Assembly: GCA_021848465.1 (NCBI GenBank)
Contig: JAJZUP010000002.1
Location: 348,524 to 412,523, forward strand
Source: Pseudomonadota bacterium
GTDB taxonomy: Bacteria; Pseudomonadota; Gammaproteobacteria; Burkholderiales; Gallionellaceae
Direction: 5' to 3'
Length of the DNA: 64,000 bases
The notes under the pieces: generated by a model
Told to the model about the DNA's origin: nothing
Database searches by the model: none
The model's input: the letters and a program-made list of their open reading frames with translations, nothing else
Part shown: positions 27,647-39,630 of the stretch, in pieces
Layout of the letters: each line of letters starts with the position of its first letter
Numbering within the stretch: position 1 is the first letter of the stretch
Made by a program: the position numbers and the translations under genes

Positions 27647-28135
27647 ATGATCCACGAGTTGAGCGGCGACATCCTGCTGAGCGGCGCCAAGGCCATCGTC
27701 CAGGGCGTAGCGCCCAATGACGATTTCCACCAGGGGCTGGCGTTGCAACTGCGCGAGCGCATGCCGGCGCTGTACAAGGACTTCCGTCATTATTGCCAGA
27801 CCCGCCACCCGAAAGCCGGCGAGCTATGGACCTGGATGAGCGCGGATGGCCGCTATATCGTGAATCTGTTCACGCGTGACGGCGCCTATGCGCCCGGCAG
27901 CAAACCCGGTCACGCGACATTAAGCCACGTCAACCACAGCCTGCATGCCCTGCATGCGCTGGTGCAGAAGGAAAAGATTACCAGCATTGCCCTGCCGCGC
28001 CTGGCTTGCGGCCTGAACGGGCTGGACTGGAGCGAGGTGCGCCCGCTGATTGACAAGCAGCTCGGCGACCTCGGCATTCCGGTCTACCTTTACGCCAATT
28101 ACCAGAAGGGCGTCAGGGCTACCGAACCCAAATAA
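27647..28135 (+). CDS. Macro-domain protein (ADP-ribose binding/hydrolase fold)
   Basis: The protein reads GDILLSGAKAIVQGVAPNDDFHQGLALQLRERMP...IALPRLACGLNGLDW, which fits the macro-domain pattern. Confidence 0.65.
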   Translation: MIHELSGDILLSGAKAIVQGVAPNDDFHQGLALQLRERMPALYKDFRHYCQTRHPKAGELWTWMSADGRYIVNLFTRDGAYAPGSKPGHATLSHVNHSLHALHALVQKEKITSIALPRLACGLNGLDWSEVRPLIDKQLGDLGIPVYLYANYQKGVRATEPK

Positions 28136-28156
28136 ACACCTAACAGAGGAAACATC

Positions 28157-28471
28157 ATGTCTGACAAGATCGACAACATCTCGGTATTCACCAAAGCCAA
28201 TGTCTATTTCGACGGCAAGTGCGTCTCGCACACCATCCAGTTTGCCGACGGCACGAAGAAATCCGTTGGCGTGATTACGCCTGCCACGCTGACCTTCAAC
28301 ACTGGCGTGCCGGAAATCATGGAGACCGTGGCCGGCTCCTGCCGCTACAAGATCAAGGGCGAAGACTGGAAGACCAGCGCCGTCGGACAGAGCTTCAACG
28401 TACCGGGCAACTCCAGCTTCGACATCGAGGTGAGCGGCGAGCCATACCACTACATCTGCCACTTTGGATAA
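28157..28471 (+). CDS. ppnP: Pyrimidine/purine nucleoside phosphorylase PpnP (DUF1255)
   Basis: The sequence reads ANVYFDGKCVSHTIQFADGTKKSVGVITP...FNVPGNSSFDIEV...YICHF. Length (104 aa) and pattern fit. Confidence 0.85.
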   Translation: MSDKIDNISVFTKANVYFDGKCVSHTIQFADGTKKSVGVITPATLTFNTGVPEIMETVAGSCRYKIKGEDWKTSAVGQSFNVPGNSSFDIEVSGEPYHYICHFG

Positions 28472-28641
28472 CAAACAGGCCATAAGCTACTGCGCCCCCC
28501 GATTGCGGCGTCGCGTGCTGGTTCCGACTAACCTGAAGGTAAGTCTCCACCGCAACTGCGTTGTCGCTCACCTTTTTTCGGGGTGCTCGCTACGCTTCTG
28601 ACCTGTTTGTACAATAGTCCACAAATTATTTAGGAGCGACC

Positions 28642-29130
28642 ATGCCATCATTTGACATAGTTTCCGAAGTAGAAAAGACCGAAGTCAAAAATGCGATTGA
28701 GCAAACCAACAAGGAAGTCAGCACGCGCTTCGACTTCAAGGGCTCGGACGCCCGCGTCGAACAGGCGGAACTGGTGCTCACGGTGTTCGCCGACAACGAG
28801 TTCCAGCTCGGCCAGGTGCAGGACATCCTGAATGGCAAGCTCGCCAAGCGCGGGGTGGATGTACGCTCGCTGGAGATCAGCGAAAAGATCGAGAAGGTCA
28901 GCGGCAACAAGGTCAAGCGCAATTGCACCGTGAAGGTCGGCGTGGAAACCGAACTGGCGAAGAAAATCGTCAAGCAGCTCAAGGACAGCAAACTCAAGGT
29001 TCAGGCCAGCATTCAGGGCGATACTGTGCGCGTCACCGGCAAGAGCCGCGACGACCTGCAGTCCGCCATCGCTTTCGTTAAAAAATCCATTACCGATTTC
29101 CCATTGCAGTACCAGAATTTCCGCGACTGA
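28642..29130 (+). CDS. yajQ: YajQ-family nucleotide/c-di-GMP-binding protein
   Basis: [40 protein letters not shown] is the canonical YajQ N-terminus. Confidence 0.9.
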   Translation: MPSFDIVSEVEKTEVKNAIEQTNKEVSTRFDFKGSDARVEQAELVLTVFADNEFQLGQVQDILNGKLAKRGVDVRSLEISEKIEKVSGNKVKRNCTVKVGVETELAKKIVKQLKDSKLKVQASIQGDTVRVTGKSRDDLQSAIAFVKKSITDFPLQYQNFRD

Positions 29131-29141
29131 CCAACGACACC

Positions 29142-29993
29142 ATGAAACTGACAACCTATAAAAGCCTGCTGCCACGCTGCGTAGCCATCCTGCTGGCCCT
29201 GGCAACATCCCAAACCACACTGGCAGCAGAAAACCCCGGCCTGATTTCCATCACCGGCGAAGACATCAAAACCACCTTTACGGCCCCGGCCACCTGGGAC
29301 TCGCAAGACTGGAAAACCGCAGGCTGGGCCACGCTGGCCGTCGTCGGCACCGCGGTTGTGGCAGATCGCCCTGTACGCGACTACATGTGCCGCCTGTCAC
29401 AGATGAGCACCTGTCCTGGCGCAGGCCCGAACAGCGAAGTGACCAATGCGCCGTTGACCACGATCGAGAACTTCGGCCAGACCTATGCGCTGGGCGTCAT
29501 GGGTGGCTTCTACCTGGCAGGCGCCATTACCGACAACGAGAAATCCATGACAGTTGGTCAGGACCTCGTTGCAGCAAGCGTTTCCTCCGCGCTGGTCAAT
29601 CAGTCGATCAAGGTGCTGGCCAACCGCAGCCGCCCGCGCGACAACCAGGGCAACAACGATTTCATGGGCTACGTCGGACTCAACAACAACAGCTCCTTCC
29701 CCTCCGGCCACACCACCGAGGCTTTCACGCTGGCATCGGTGATCGCCTCGCACTACGATGAAACCTGGGTCAGCGTGGCGTCCTATGGCACCGCCGGCCT
29801 GGTTGGCGTCGCCCGCATGTACCACGATGCGCACTGGGCGTCGGATGTGGTAGCCTCCGCGTTCATCGGTACCTACATCGGGAAACTGGTCGTGAAGCAC
29901 AATCGTGATATGCGCAATAACAGCACCAAGGTCGTCGTGCTGCCCTTGCTGGGGCCGGATATGACCGGCGTGCAACTTGTCGGCAATTTCTGA
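29142..29993 (+). CDS. PAP2-family phosphatase (secreted or membrane)
   Basis: A signal peptide is present, along with the PAP2 motifs KVLANRSRP, SFPSGHT and RMYHDAHWASDV. Confidence 0.85.
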   Translation: MKLTTYKSLLPRCVAILLALATSQTTLAAENPGLISITGEDIKTTFTAPATWDSQDWKTAGWATLAVVGTAVVADRPVRDYMCRLSQMSTCPGAGPNSEVTNAPLTTIENFGQTYALGVMGGFYLAGAITDNEKSMTVGQDLVAASVSSALVNQSIKVLANRSRPRDNQGNNDFMGYVGLNNNSSFPSGHTTEAFTLASVIASHYDETWVSVASYGTAGLVGVARMYHDAHWASDVVASAFIGTYIGKLVVKHNRDMRNNSTKVVVLPLLGPDMTGVQLVGNF

Positions 29994-30001
29994 TTTCCCC
30001 C

Positions 30002-30547
30002 ATGCCCAAGGTCCTCGTCCCCCTCGCGCAAGGCTGTGAAGAAATCGAAGCGGTCACCGTTATCGACATCCTGCGCCGCGCAAAAATCGAGGTAACCAGC
30101 GCGGGGCTGGACCGTCATCCGGTCCGCGCCAGCCGTGGCGTGATGTTGCTGCCGGACACCGATCTCGACAGCGCGCTGCAACAGGAGTTCGACATGGTCG
30201 TGCTGCCCGGCGGACAGCCGGGCACCAACAACCTGAAAGCAGACCCCCGCATCATCGGCCTGCTGCACAAGATGTCCGCGCAGGGCAAGCATGTCGCCGC
30301 CATTTGCGCGGCCCCCTCGGTGCTCGCCACTGCCGGCCTGCTTGACCACAAACACGCCACCAGCTTTCCCGGCAGTCTCGACGCCTTCCCGCAAGTTCAG
30401 CAAAAAAACCTGGCCGTGGTCATTGACGGCAAGCTGGTGACCTCGCGCGGACCTGGCACCGCCATGGATTTCGCGCTGGCACTGGTGGAGCTCCTGTCCG
30501 GCAAACGAGTCCGCGACGAAGTCGAAGCCGGGTTGGTCAGAGCTTGA
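30002..30547 (+). CDS. DJ-1/PfpI-family protein (YajL-like)
   Basis: The sequence reads KVLVPLAQGCEEIEAVTVIDILRRA...VAAICAAP (nucleophile Cys elbow)...GPGTAMDFAL. Confidence 0.85.
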   Translation: MPKVLVPLAQGCEEIEAVTVIDILRRAKIEVTSAGLDRHPVRASRGVMLLPDTDLDSALQQEFDMVVLPGGQPGTNNLKADPRIIGLLHKMSAQGKHVAAICAAPSVLATAGLLDHKHATSFPGSLDAFPQVQQKNLAVVIDGKLVTSRGPGTAMDFALALVELLSGKRVRDEVEAGLVRA

Positions 30548-31302
30548 AGCGCCTGCTCGCAAAGTTACCCCCGTCAATCGTTGCCCTGCTGCTGCAATTC
30601 GGTGCAGCCCTGCTGCTGGTTCTGGCGCTGCCGCTGCTCGGCTTGCACGTCACCCCGCTGGTTTTTGCCGTGGCGTGCGGAGTACTGGCAGCCCTGCTCA
30701 GCGCCGCCGCCGGTCTCGCACGCTGGTGGCTCCCCATCCAGCTGGTGTTCGCGCCAGCCATGGTGCTGTTGCAAACGCTCAACATCCCCTCGGGATATTT
30801 CCTGGCAGCGTTCCTGCTCATGCTGGTTGTGTACTGGAGCACCTTCCGCACCCAGGTACCGCTCTACCTTTCCAGCCAAAAGGTGTGGCAAGCACTGGAA
30901 ACCACTCTGCCCGCCACCCCATTCCGCTTCGTCGACCTGGGTAGCGGACTGGGCGGCGTGCTGACACACCTTGCCCGCACACATCCACACGGCCAGTTCC
31001 ACGGCGTGGAGTCTGCCCCCCTCCCGTTCCTGTGGAGCTGGCTGCGCATCAAGCTCGGCCGCTATCGCAATTGCTCGGTTGCCTGGGGCAGCCTGTGGCA
31101 GAGCCCGCTGGCCGAATATGAGGTTGTGTTCGCTTATCTTTCGCCTGTTCCCATGCCCGACCTGTGGCAAAAGGCCCGCCGGGAAATGCGCCCGGGCACC
31201 CTGTTCATCAGCAACACATTCTCCGTACCCGGACAGTCGCCGCACAAGATTCTTGCCGTGGATGACCTGCACCATTCCGAGCTTTATGTCTGGCGTATCT
31301 GA
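30544..31302 (+). CDS. Membrane-anchored class I SAM-dependent methyltransferase
   Basis: N-terminal TM helices are followed by FVDLGSGLGGVL (SAM motif I). TTG start overlaps the previous stop. Confidence 0.65.
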   Translation: MKRLLAKLPPSIVALLLQFGAALLLVLALPLLGLHVTPLVFAVACGVLAALLSAAAGLARWWLPIQLVFAPAMVLLQTLNIPSGYFLAAFLLMLVVYWSTFRTQVPLYLSSQKVWQALETTLPATPFRFVDLGSGLGGVLTHLARTHPHGQFHGVESAPLPFLWSWLRIKLGRYRNCSVAWGSLWQSPLAEYEVVFAYLSPVPMPDLWQKARREMRPGTLFISNTFSVPGQSPHKILAVDDLHHSELYVWRI

Positions 31303-31485
31303 CCCTTCCGGCGTGCCGGGAATACCTCGCAAACACAATATTTCGCATAAATGACAGAGTTACAAAAATGCTTCCCAACTTCCGATTTTTTCGTTAGGAT
31401 GCGCTTCAATTCAGTTTCACATCTACGCGGCGTTGGCCGTATCCGTTCCGAAAACTTAATTTCTTAACAAAGAGAGAAGAAAAAC

Positions 31486-31812
31486 ATGAGCGAACACATC
31501 CGTTATGTCACTGACGACACTTTCGCGGCTGAAGTCCTGCAGGCACCACTGCCAACACTCGTTGACTACTGGGCTGAATGGTGCGGTCCATGCCGCATGA
31601 TCGCCCCGATCCTGGATGAGGTTGCCAAGGAATACGCAGGCCGCATCAATGTCGCCAAGCTGAACGTGGATGAAAACCAGCAAATGCCGCAGAAATATGG
31701 CGTACGCGGCATCCCGACGCTGATGCTGTTCAAGAACGGCAACGTCGAGGCCACCAAGGTGGGTGCATTGTCCAAATCACAACTCACCGCGTTTATTGAC
31801 AGCCACATTTGA
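31486..31812 (+). CDS. trxA: Thioredoxin
   Basis: [16 protein letters not shown] is present. The protein is 108 aa with a canonical TrxA layout. Confidence 0.95.
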   Translation: MSEHIRYVTDDTFAAEVLQAPLPTLVDYWAEWCGPCRMIAPILDEVAKEYAGRINVAKLNVDENQQMPQKYGVRGIPTLMLFKNGNVEATKVGALSKSQLTAFIDSHI

Positions 31813-31972
31813 ACGATTTAACCTCGCGCCTGCAACTTTCCTGTTTCGTCCAGATTACCCAATAACACCAATAAAGACACACAAGACAGTGCAGCCGCGA
31901 GGCATTCTTTAGTTTTACATTTCACCTGTATCCAGGATCAACAATTCTCAGTCCGACTTAATCCCCAGGCAT

Positions 31973-33229
31973 ATGCATTTATCCGACATAAAGACCAAAC
32001 ACATCACCGAACTGGTGGAAATGGCCACCGCCAACCAGATCGACAACGCCAACCGCATGCGCAAACAGGATCTGATTTTTGCGCTGCTGAAAAACCAGGC
32101 GAAAAAAGGTGAAAGCATTTATGGCGAAGGCACCCTGGAGGTTTTGCCGGACGGATTCGGTTTCCTGCGCTCACCGGACACTTCCTATCTGGCCGGCCCG
32201 GACGATATTTACGTCAGTCCCAGCCAGGTACGCCGCTTCAACCTGCATACCGGCGATTCGGTCGAAGGCGAAATCCGCACCCCCAAGGAAGGCGAACGCT
32301 ATGTGGCCCTGGTCAAAGTTGACCGCGTCAACGGCGAACCGCCGGAAAACGCCAAGAACAAGATCCTGTTTGAAAACCTGACGCCGCTGTTCCCGAGCCA
32401 GCAGATTTGCCTGGAACGCGACATCCGCTCCGATGAAAACCTGACGGGCCGCGTGATCGACATCATCGCCCCGATCGGCAAGGGGCAACGCGGCCTGCTG
32501 GTCGCCTCGCCCAAGTCCGGCAAGACCGTGATGCTGCAGCACATTGCCCACTCCATCGCCTCCAACAACCCGGAAGCGGTGCTGATCGTGCTGCTGATCG
32601 ACGAACGCCCCGAGGAAGTGACCGAAATGAGCCGCACCGTGCGCGGCGAAGTGGTCGCCTCGACCTTCGACGAACCGGCAACCCGCCACGTGCAGGTCGC
32701 CGAAATGGTGCTGGAAAAAGCCAAGCGCCTGGTCGAACACAAGAAAGATGTGGTGATCCTGCTCGACTCGATCACCCGTCTGGCACGCGCCTATAACACC
32801 GTGATCCCTTCCTCCGGCAAAGTGCTGACCGGCGGCGTGGACGCCAACGCACTGCAGCGCCCGAAACGCTTCTTCGGCGCCGCGCGCAACGTGGAAGAAG
32901 GCGGCTCGCTGACCATCATCGCCACCGCGCTGGTCGACACCGGCTCGCGCATGGACGATGTGATCTACGAAGAATTCAAGGGCACCGGCAACATGGAAAT
33001 CCACCTGGATCGCCGCATGGCCGAGAAGCGCATCTACCCGGCCATCAACGTCAATCGTTCCGGCACGCGCAAGGAAGAGCTGCTGATCAAGCCCGACTTG
33101 CTGCAACGCATCTGGGTGCTGCGCAAGCTGCTGTACCCGATGGACGAGCTGGAAGCGATGGAATTCCTGCTGGACAAGGTCAAGGCGACCAAGAACAACG
33201 GAGAGTTCTTCGATTCCATGAAGCGCTGA
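31973..33229 (+). CDS. rho: Transcription termination factor Rho
   Basis: [11 protein letters not shown] (RNA-binding) and [19 protein letters not shown] (Walker A) are present, and the C-terminus is canonical. Confidence 0.97.
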   Translation: MHLSDIKTKHITELVEMATANQIDNANRMRKQDLIFALLKNQAKKGESIYGEGTLEVLPDGFGFLRSPDTSYLAGPDDIYVSPSQVRRFNLHTGDSVEGEIRTPKEGERYVALVKVDRVNGEPPENAKNKILFENLTPLFPSQQICLERDIRSDENLTGRVIDIIAPIGKGQRGLLVASPKSGKTVMLQHIAHSIASNNPEAVLIVLLIDERPEEVTEMSRTVRGEVVASTFDEPATRHVQVAEMVLEKAKRLVEHKKDVVILLDSITRLARAYNTVIPSSGKVLTGGVDANALQRPKRFFGAARNVEEGGSLTIIATALVDTGSRMDDVIYEEFKGTGNMEIHLDRRMAEKRIYPAINVNRSGTRKEELLIKPDLLQRIWVLRKLLYPMDELEAMEFLLDKVKATKNNGEFFDSMKR

Positions 33230-33246
33230 AAGCCTGAAAAAGAATT

Positions 33247-33274
33247 TTGACGGCCGCAACGAAATATGTATAAT
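33247..33274 (+). promoter_or_regulatory. Sigma70-type promoter of rplU-rpmA (TTGACG-16-TATAAT)
   Basis: -35 is at 33247-33252 and -10 at 33269-33274. The -10 context TATAATGCGCG is identical to that of the rpsT promoter. Confidence 0.55.
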
Positions 33275-33359
33275 GCGCGGCTCTGTAAAACTGAAGTTTC
33301 AGTGTAGGCATGACCATCTGGTTGTGCCGTAACTAAAACCGCACCCAAGCGAGGTTGTT

Positions 33360-33671
33360 ATGTACGCAGTAATCAAAACCGGTGGTAAGCAATATCGCGT
33401 TACCGAAGGTGAAACCCTGAAAATTGAATCCGTTGCCGGCGATATTGGCAGCGCGATCGTGCTGGATCAAGTGCTGATGGTCGGCACCGGCGACAAGGTC
33501 AACGTAGGCAAGCCACTGTTGAGCGGCGCTTCCGTCAAGGCCACCATTGTTGCCAACGGCCGCCACGACAAGGTAAAAATCTTCAAGATGCGCCGTCGCA
33601 AGCACTACCAAAAGCATCAAGGTCATCGTCAAAACTATACTGAGATCCGCATTGACGGCATCTCTGCATAA
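33360..33671 (+). CDS. rplU: 50S ribosomal protein L21
   Basis: [23 protein letters not shown] is present. Confidence 0.95.
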   Translation: MYAVIKTGGKQYRVTEGETLKIESVAGDIGSAIVLDQVLMVGTGDKVNVGKPLLSGASVKATIVANGRHDKVKIFKMRRRKHYQKHQGHRQNYTEIRIDGISA

Positions 33672-33687
33672 GCAAAGGAGCTAGAAC

Positions 33688-33945
33688 ATGGCATCGAAAA
33701 AAGGCGGCGGCAGTACCAGTAACGGGCGCGACTCGCACTCGAAACGACTGGGCGTGAAGAGCTACGGCGGCGAACTGATCAACGCTGGCAGCATCATCGT
33801 GCGCCAGCGCGGCACCCAAGTCCACGCCGGTGACAACGTCGGCATGGGCAAGGATCACACCCTGTTTGCCAAGATCACCGGCAAGGTTGTGTTCGCCATC
33901 AAGGGCGCTGCAAAACGCAAGACTGTAAGCATCGTTGCAGTCTGA
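33688..33945 (+). CDS. rpmA: 50S ribosomal protein L27
   Basis: [24 protein letters not shown]...IIVRQRGT is present. Confidence 0.95.
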   Translation: MASKKGGGSTSNGRDSHSKRLGVKSYGGELINAGSIIVRQRGTQVHAGDNVGMGKDHTLFAKITGKVVFAIKGAAKRKTVSIVAV

Positions 33946-33967
33946 TCTCGCTTAACAGCGAGGAACA

Positions 33968-35090
<1,123 letters not shown>

Positions 35091-35098
35091 TCCGTCCA

Positions 35099-36217
35099 AT
35101 GAAAACCGTTCTTGCCCAAGCCAAACGCATCGTCGTCAAAGTCGGCAGCAGCCTGGTCACCAACCAGGGCGAGGGACTGGATACCCGCGCCATCAGCAAC
35201 TGGGCGCAGCAGATCGCCACACTGCGCGGCCGCGGCTGCGAAGTCGTACTGGTTTCTTCCGGCGCCATCGCCGAAGGCATGCAGCGCCTGGGCTGGAAAC
35301 AGCGACCGAGCGCCGTGCATGAACTGCAGGCCGCCGCTGCAGTCGGGCAAATGGGGCTGGTGCAGGTCTATGAAAGTTGCTTCAGCAAGCATGCCCTGCG
35401 TTCGGCGCAAGTGCTGCTGACACACGCCGACCTCGCGGATCGCGAACGCTACCTGAATGCGCGCTCCACGCTGCGCACCTTGCTGACGTTGGGCGTCATC
35501 CCGATCATCAACGAGAATGACACCGTTGTCACCGACGAAATCAAGTTCGGCGACAACGACACGCTCGGCGCCCTCGTCACCAACCTGATCGAAGCTGATG
35601 CGCTGATCATCCTGACCGACCAATCGGGCCTGTACAGTGCCGATCCGCGCAAAGACCCGAACGCCAAGCTGATCAGCCTGGCTCAGGCCGGAGAAGCATA
35701 TCTGGAAGGCATGGCTGGCGGCGCCGGCAGCCACATCGGGCGCGGAGGCATGATCACCAAGGTGCTGGCTGCCAAGCGCGCGGCGCGTAGCGGTGCACAT
35801 ACCGCCATCGCCTCTGGCCACGAGCCGGACGTGCTGCCACGGCTGCTGCAAGGCGAAAGCATCGGTACCCTGCTCACCGCCTCGGCGCTGGCGCTGGATG
35901 CACGCAAGCAATGGTTGGCCGACCACCTGCAGGTCAGCGGCAAAATCCGCATTGACGCCGGGGCAATGGGGGCATTGCGCAATGAAGGAAAGAGCCTGCT
36001 GCCGATCGGCGTCATCGAAGTCACCGGCGCTTTCCAGCGCGGCGAAGTAGTAGCCATCCTCGACGAAAGCGGCGCTGACATCGCCCGCGGGCTGGTCAAT
36101 TACAACGCCGACGAAGCGCGCCGCATCGCCCGCCACACCAGCAGCGAAATCGAAACCATCCTCGGTTACATCGACGAGTCCGAACTGATCCACCGGGACA
36201 ATCTGGTTCTGCTGTGA
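35099..36217 (+). CDS. proB: Glutamate 5-kinase
   Basis: The sequence reads [12 protein letters not shown]...VSSGAIAEG...INENDTV, with a C-terminal PUA-like domain. Confidence 0.93.
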   Translation: MKTVLAQAKRIVVKVGSSLVTNQGEGLDTRAISNWAQQIATLRGRGCEVVLVSSGAIAEGMQRLGWKQRPSAVHELQAAAAVGQMGLVQVYESCFSKHALRSAQVLLTHADLADRERYLNARSTLRTLLTLGVIPIINENDTVVTDEIKFGDNDTLGALVTNLIEADALIILTDQSGLYSADPRKDPNAKLISLAQAGEAYLEGMAGGAGSHIGRGGMITKVLAAKRAARSGAHTAIASGHEPDVLPRLLQGESIGTLLTASALALDARKQWLADHLQVSGKIRIDAGAMGALRNEGKSLLPIGVIEVTGAFQRGEVVAILDESGADIARGLVNYNADEARRIARHTSSEIETILGYIDESELIHRDNLVLL

Positions 36218-36231
36218 AACAGCAGAACCAG
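36203..36231 (+). terminator. 12-bp perfect hairpin spanning the proB stop codon (possible terminator; no T-tract)
   Basis: The hairpin is CTGGTTCTGCTG-TGAAA-CAGCAGAACCAG. Confidence 0.4.
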
Positions 36232-36395
36232 ATTGCGGTGCAAGCTAATTTGCGCAGCAAGTTAAGCCACAGGCGGGCTGCCCCACCCTGCAAAACACTG
36301 GAACCAGATCGCAGACCAAGCCCAGCATCAAAATTTTCCCGTCCGCCCGTTTTAATGTATATTTTGAGCATGTTTTATTGTTGCTTAGTGCCGTC

Positions 36396-36566
36396 ATGCC
36401 CTATCCGCTTGCAAGACAACTGATCGCCGCACTCCTGATTCTGGGCTTGTCCGCCTGTGCGGCCAAGCCAAGCCCGCAGGAGCAAAGGGAACGTGAGGCA
36501 CTCAGCAAAGCCTACAAGGACATCAGTGCGCGACAATCGGGGACTTCGGAAAACGGGCAGCGATGA
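36396..36566 (+). CDS. Small putative lipoprotein (56 aa)
   Basis: MPYPLARQLIAALLILGLSAC contains an LSAC lipobox. The ORF is short, so confidence is limited. Confidence 0.45.
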   Translation: MPYPLARQLIAALLILGLSACAAKPSPQEQREREALSKAYKDISARQSGTSENGQR

Positions 36567-36600
36567 ATGGTTGCAGAGCGCTGACACTACGCTGGCTTGA

Positions 36601-39537
36601 ATGCATGAGGCCGAATCGACAGACGGAATAGAACAAGAGAACGCCATGCTGGAACAAGCCTATCAATACGCGCAGCGTCTCAAGGCTGCACTATACCGCC
36701 GCGTGCCATTGCTGGCACCGCGCACTCGCGGAGGCCTGCACCACCAGCTATACACCCTCATCCTGATGGCATTCGCATTATGGCTGCGCCTGCTGATCGC
36801 CCCGGTGGAGGCCGGGCTGCAATACGTCACTTTCTTCCCTTCCGTCACGCTGGCTGCTTTTGTCGGCGGCCTGTACCCGGGACTGATCGCCACCTTTATC
36901 GGCATCATTTTCGCCACCTATTTCTTTACCGCACCGTTTTACGACATCTCCCTCGCCAGCTGGCAAAACGGGTTCTGGGCCAACCTGCTGTTCCTGTTGG
37001 ACGGGCTGATCCTGTCGATCTCGTTCGAGGCCCTGCATCGCTATCGCAAGAAATTTTCCGATGAGCTGGAACAAACCAAACTGGCCCATGCAGAATTGCG
37101 CAAAAGCGAGGAGCAACTGCAACTCAGCATCAAGGCCGGAAACATCGGCATATGGGAGTTGAACATCCAGAACGGCACCGCCAACTATTCGGAAGAGTGG
37201 AAGCGCCAACTCGGCTACAGCACCGCCGAAATCCGAGCCAGTGCGGATGAGTGGCTCAGCAGGCTTCCGCCCGAAGACAAGGACAGCTTCCTGCAAACGC
37301 TCCGCACCTACATCGAGCATCCCTGGCCCGGTTTCAAGACCGAGTACCGCCTGCTGCACAAGGACGGCACTTACCGCTGGATGCTGTCGCAGGCAGCGCT
37401 GGCGAACCCCTCGAACAGCGCCACCCAAGGGCTGCGCGGCGCGCAGATCAACATCACCGAGCGAAAGCAAGCCGAACTGTTGATGCTTGAATACAAGGGC
37501 GCCATCGAAACCACGCACGACGGCTTCTGGGCCATTGACCGTTATGGCATCGTGCAGGAGGTCAACCAGGCCTATTGCGAGCTGAGCGGCTACGCGCGCA
37601 ACGAGCTGCTGGGCATGCATGTCTCGCAACTGGACAGCCATGAGCGCTCCGATGCCGAAGTCAATGCCCACATGAGCATGATCATCGCCCGCGGCTGGGA
37701 TGTGTTTGAAACACGGCATCGCCGCAAGGACGGCAGCGAAGTCGAACTTGAAGTTTCGGCGGCCTATATCGCGGATGCCGGACGGTTCATCGCATTCGTC
37801 CGCAACATCTCCGAACGCAAGCGTGCCGAAGCGGAAATCCGCATTGCTGCCACCGCCTTTGAGACGCATGAAGCGATCATGATCACCGACGCACACGCCA
37901 ACATCGTTCGCGTCAACCAGGCCTTCCAGGAAATCACCGGTTATAGCGCGGAAGAAGTGATCGGCAAAAACCCCCGCATCCTCAGCTCCGGGCGCCAGGA
38001 CAAGAACTTCTACCAGGCCATGTGGCAACACTTGCTCGACAGGGGTTCGTGGACCGGCGAAATCTGGGACAAACGCAAGAGCGGGCAAATCTACCCGAAA
38101 TGGCTCACGATCACTGCGGTCAAGAACGAGCTGCGCCACACCACCGAATACGTGGCAATCTTCAGCGACATCACCGCGCGCAAGGAAGCCGAAGCTGAAA
38201 TTTACAGCCTGGCCTACTACGACATGCTGACGAAACTGCCGAACCGGCGCTTCCTGCTGGACCGCGCCCACCAGGCGCAGGCCATCTCGGCGCGTTCACA
38301 TCTCTACGGCGCCCTGCTGTTCCTCGACATGGATCGCTTCAAAACGCTCAACGACACCCTGGGCCACGACGTCGGCGACCTGTTCCTGGTCGAGGTTGCC
38401 AAGCGCATCCAGGCCAACGTGCGCGAGAGCGATACGATCGCCCGCATCGGCGGCGACGAATTCGTCGTGCTGATCGAGGAAATTGCCGAAACGGCCGAAG
38501 ATACCTCGCAGCGGGTCGCACTGATTGCGGAAAAAATCCGCAGCGCGCTGAGCGCCCCCTATTTCATCAACGACCAGGAACATCATAGTTCCCCCAGCAT
38601 CGGCGTCAGCCTGTACTTCGGCAACAACGAAAAGGTGGAGGCGTTGCTCAAGCACGCCGACCTGGCGATGTACCAGGCCAAGGAAGCCGGCCGCAATGCG
38701 GTACGCTTCTTCGACCCGGCCATGCAGCTTGCCGTGGAAAGCCGCGCGCATCTTGAAGCAGACCTGCGCCACGCCATCACCGCCGGGCAATTGCAGTTGT
38801 ACTACCAGATCCAGCTCGACGGCGACCTGCGCCCGCTCGGCGCTGAGGCATTGATACGCTGGAAGCATCCCGCGCGCGGCATGGTGCCCCCCGCCCAGTT
38901 CATCCCGCTTGCGGAAGAAAGCTCGCTGATCCTGGATATCGGCTTGTGGGTGCTGGAAAACGCCTGCAAGCAACTCAGGCAATGGAGCCAGGACGATCGC
39001 ACGCGCAACCTGATCCTGGCCGTCAATGTCAGCGCCCAGCAATTCAACCGTTACGACTTCGTCGATTCGTTGACCAGGCTGCTCAATATCCACCAGGTCA
39101 ATCCGAACCACCTCAAACTGGAACTGACCGAAAGCGTGGTGCTCAGCGATGTGGCGGACGTCATCACCAAGATGCATGAACTCAAGGCGCTTGGCATCCG
39201 ACTGTCGCTCGACGATTTCGGCACCGGCTATTCCTCATTGTCGTACCTGAAGCGCCTGCCCCTCGACCAGATCAAGATCGACCAGAGCTTCGTCCGCGAT
39301 GTCACCACCGACCCGGGCGATGCCGTGATGGTGCGCACCATCATCACGCTGGCGCAGAATTTCCGCATCAACGTCATCGCCGAAGGCGTGGAGACGCAAA
39401 GCCAGCTCGACTTCCTGCGCAGCAACGGCTGCATGGCCTACCAGGGCTACCTGTTCAGCAAACCGGTTCCCATCGAACAGTTCAATACCCTGGTGAATTA
39501 CAGTGCGCCGCCTCCGGCCTTTCACTTCGACATCTGA
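36601..39537 (+). CDS. Sensor diguanylate cyclase/phosphodiesterase (DUF4118-like membrane module, PAS x3, GGDEF, EAL)
   Basis: RIGGDEFVVLI (GGDEF), EALIRW and DDFGTGYSSLSYL (EAL) are present. PAS-like blocks include WELNIQNGTANYSEEW. Membrane helices lie at the N-terminus. An alternative start is at 36646. Confidence 0.9.
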   Translation: MHEAESTDGIEQENAMLEQAYQYAQRLKAALYRRVPLLAPRTRGGLHHQLYTLILMAFALWLRLLIAPVEAGLQYVTFFPSVTLAAFVGGLYPGLIATFIGIIFATYFFTAPFYDISLASWQNGFWANLLFLLDGLILSISFEALHRYRKKFSDELEQTKLAHAELRKSEEQLQLSIKAGNIGIWELNIQNGTANYSEEWKRQLGYSTAEIRASADEWLSRLPPEDKDSFLQTLRTYIEHPWPGFKTEYRLLHKDGTYRWMLSQAALANPSNSATQGLRGAQINITERKQAELLMLEYKGAIETTHDGFWAIDRYGIVQEVNQAYCELSGYARNELLGMHVSQLDSHERSDAEVNAHMSMIIARGWDVFETRHRRKDGSEVELEVSAAYIADAGRFIAFVRNISERKRAEAEIRIAATAFETHEAIMITDAHANIVRVNQAFQEITGYSAEEVIGKNPRILSSGRQDKNFYQAMWQHLLDRGSWTGEIWDKRKSGQIYPKWLTITAVKNELRHTTEYVAIFSDITARKEAEAEIYSLAYYDMLTKLPNRRFLLDRAHQAQAISARSHLYGALLFLDMDRFKTLNDTLGHDVGDLFLVEVAKRIQANVRESDTIARIGGDEFVVLIEEIAETAEDTSQRVALIAEKIRSALSAPYFINDQEHHSSPSIGVSLYFGNNEKVEALLKHADLAMYQAKEAGRNAVRFFDPAMQLAVESRAHLEADLRHAITAGQLQLYYQIQLDGDLRPLGAEALIRWKHPARGMVPPAQFIPLAEESSLILDIGLWVLENACKQLRQWSQDDRTRNLILAVNVSAQQFNRYDFVDSLTRLLNIHQVNPNHLKLELTESVVLSDVADVITKMHELKALGIRLSLDDFGTGYSSLSYLKRLPLDQIKIDQSFVRDVTTDPGDAVMVRTIITLAQNFRINVIAEGVETQSQLDFLRSNGCMAYQGYLFSKPVPIEQFNTLVNYSAPPPAFHFDI

Positions 39538-39630
39538 CACCGCTGCTGGCACGGCTGCCGGTTTTTGCAATACAATCTCGCGACCTGCGCGACAGGCACA
39601 CAACATTCGAAATACCTGAGGAGTTTCAAG

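Noticed and set aside
26284-27777. 497-aa minus-strand ORF antisense to argG
   Set aside because: It is a high-G+C shadow ORF. argG on the plus strand has canonical motifs throughout.
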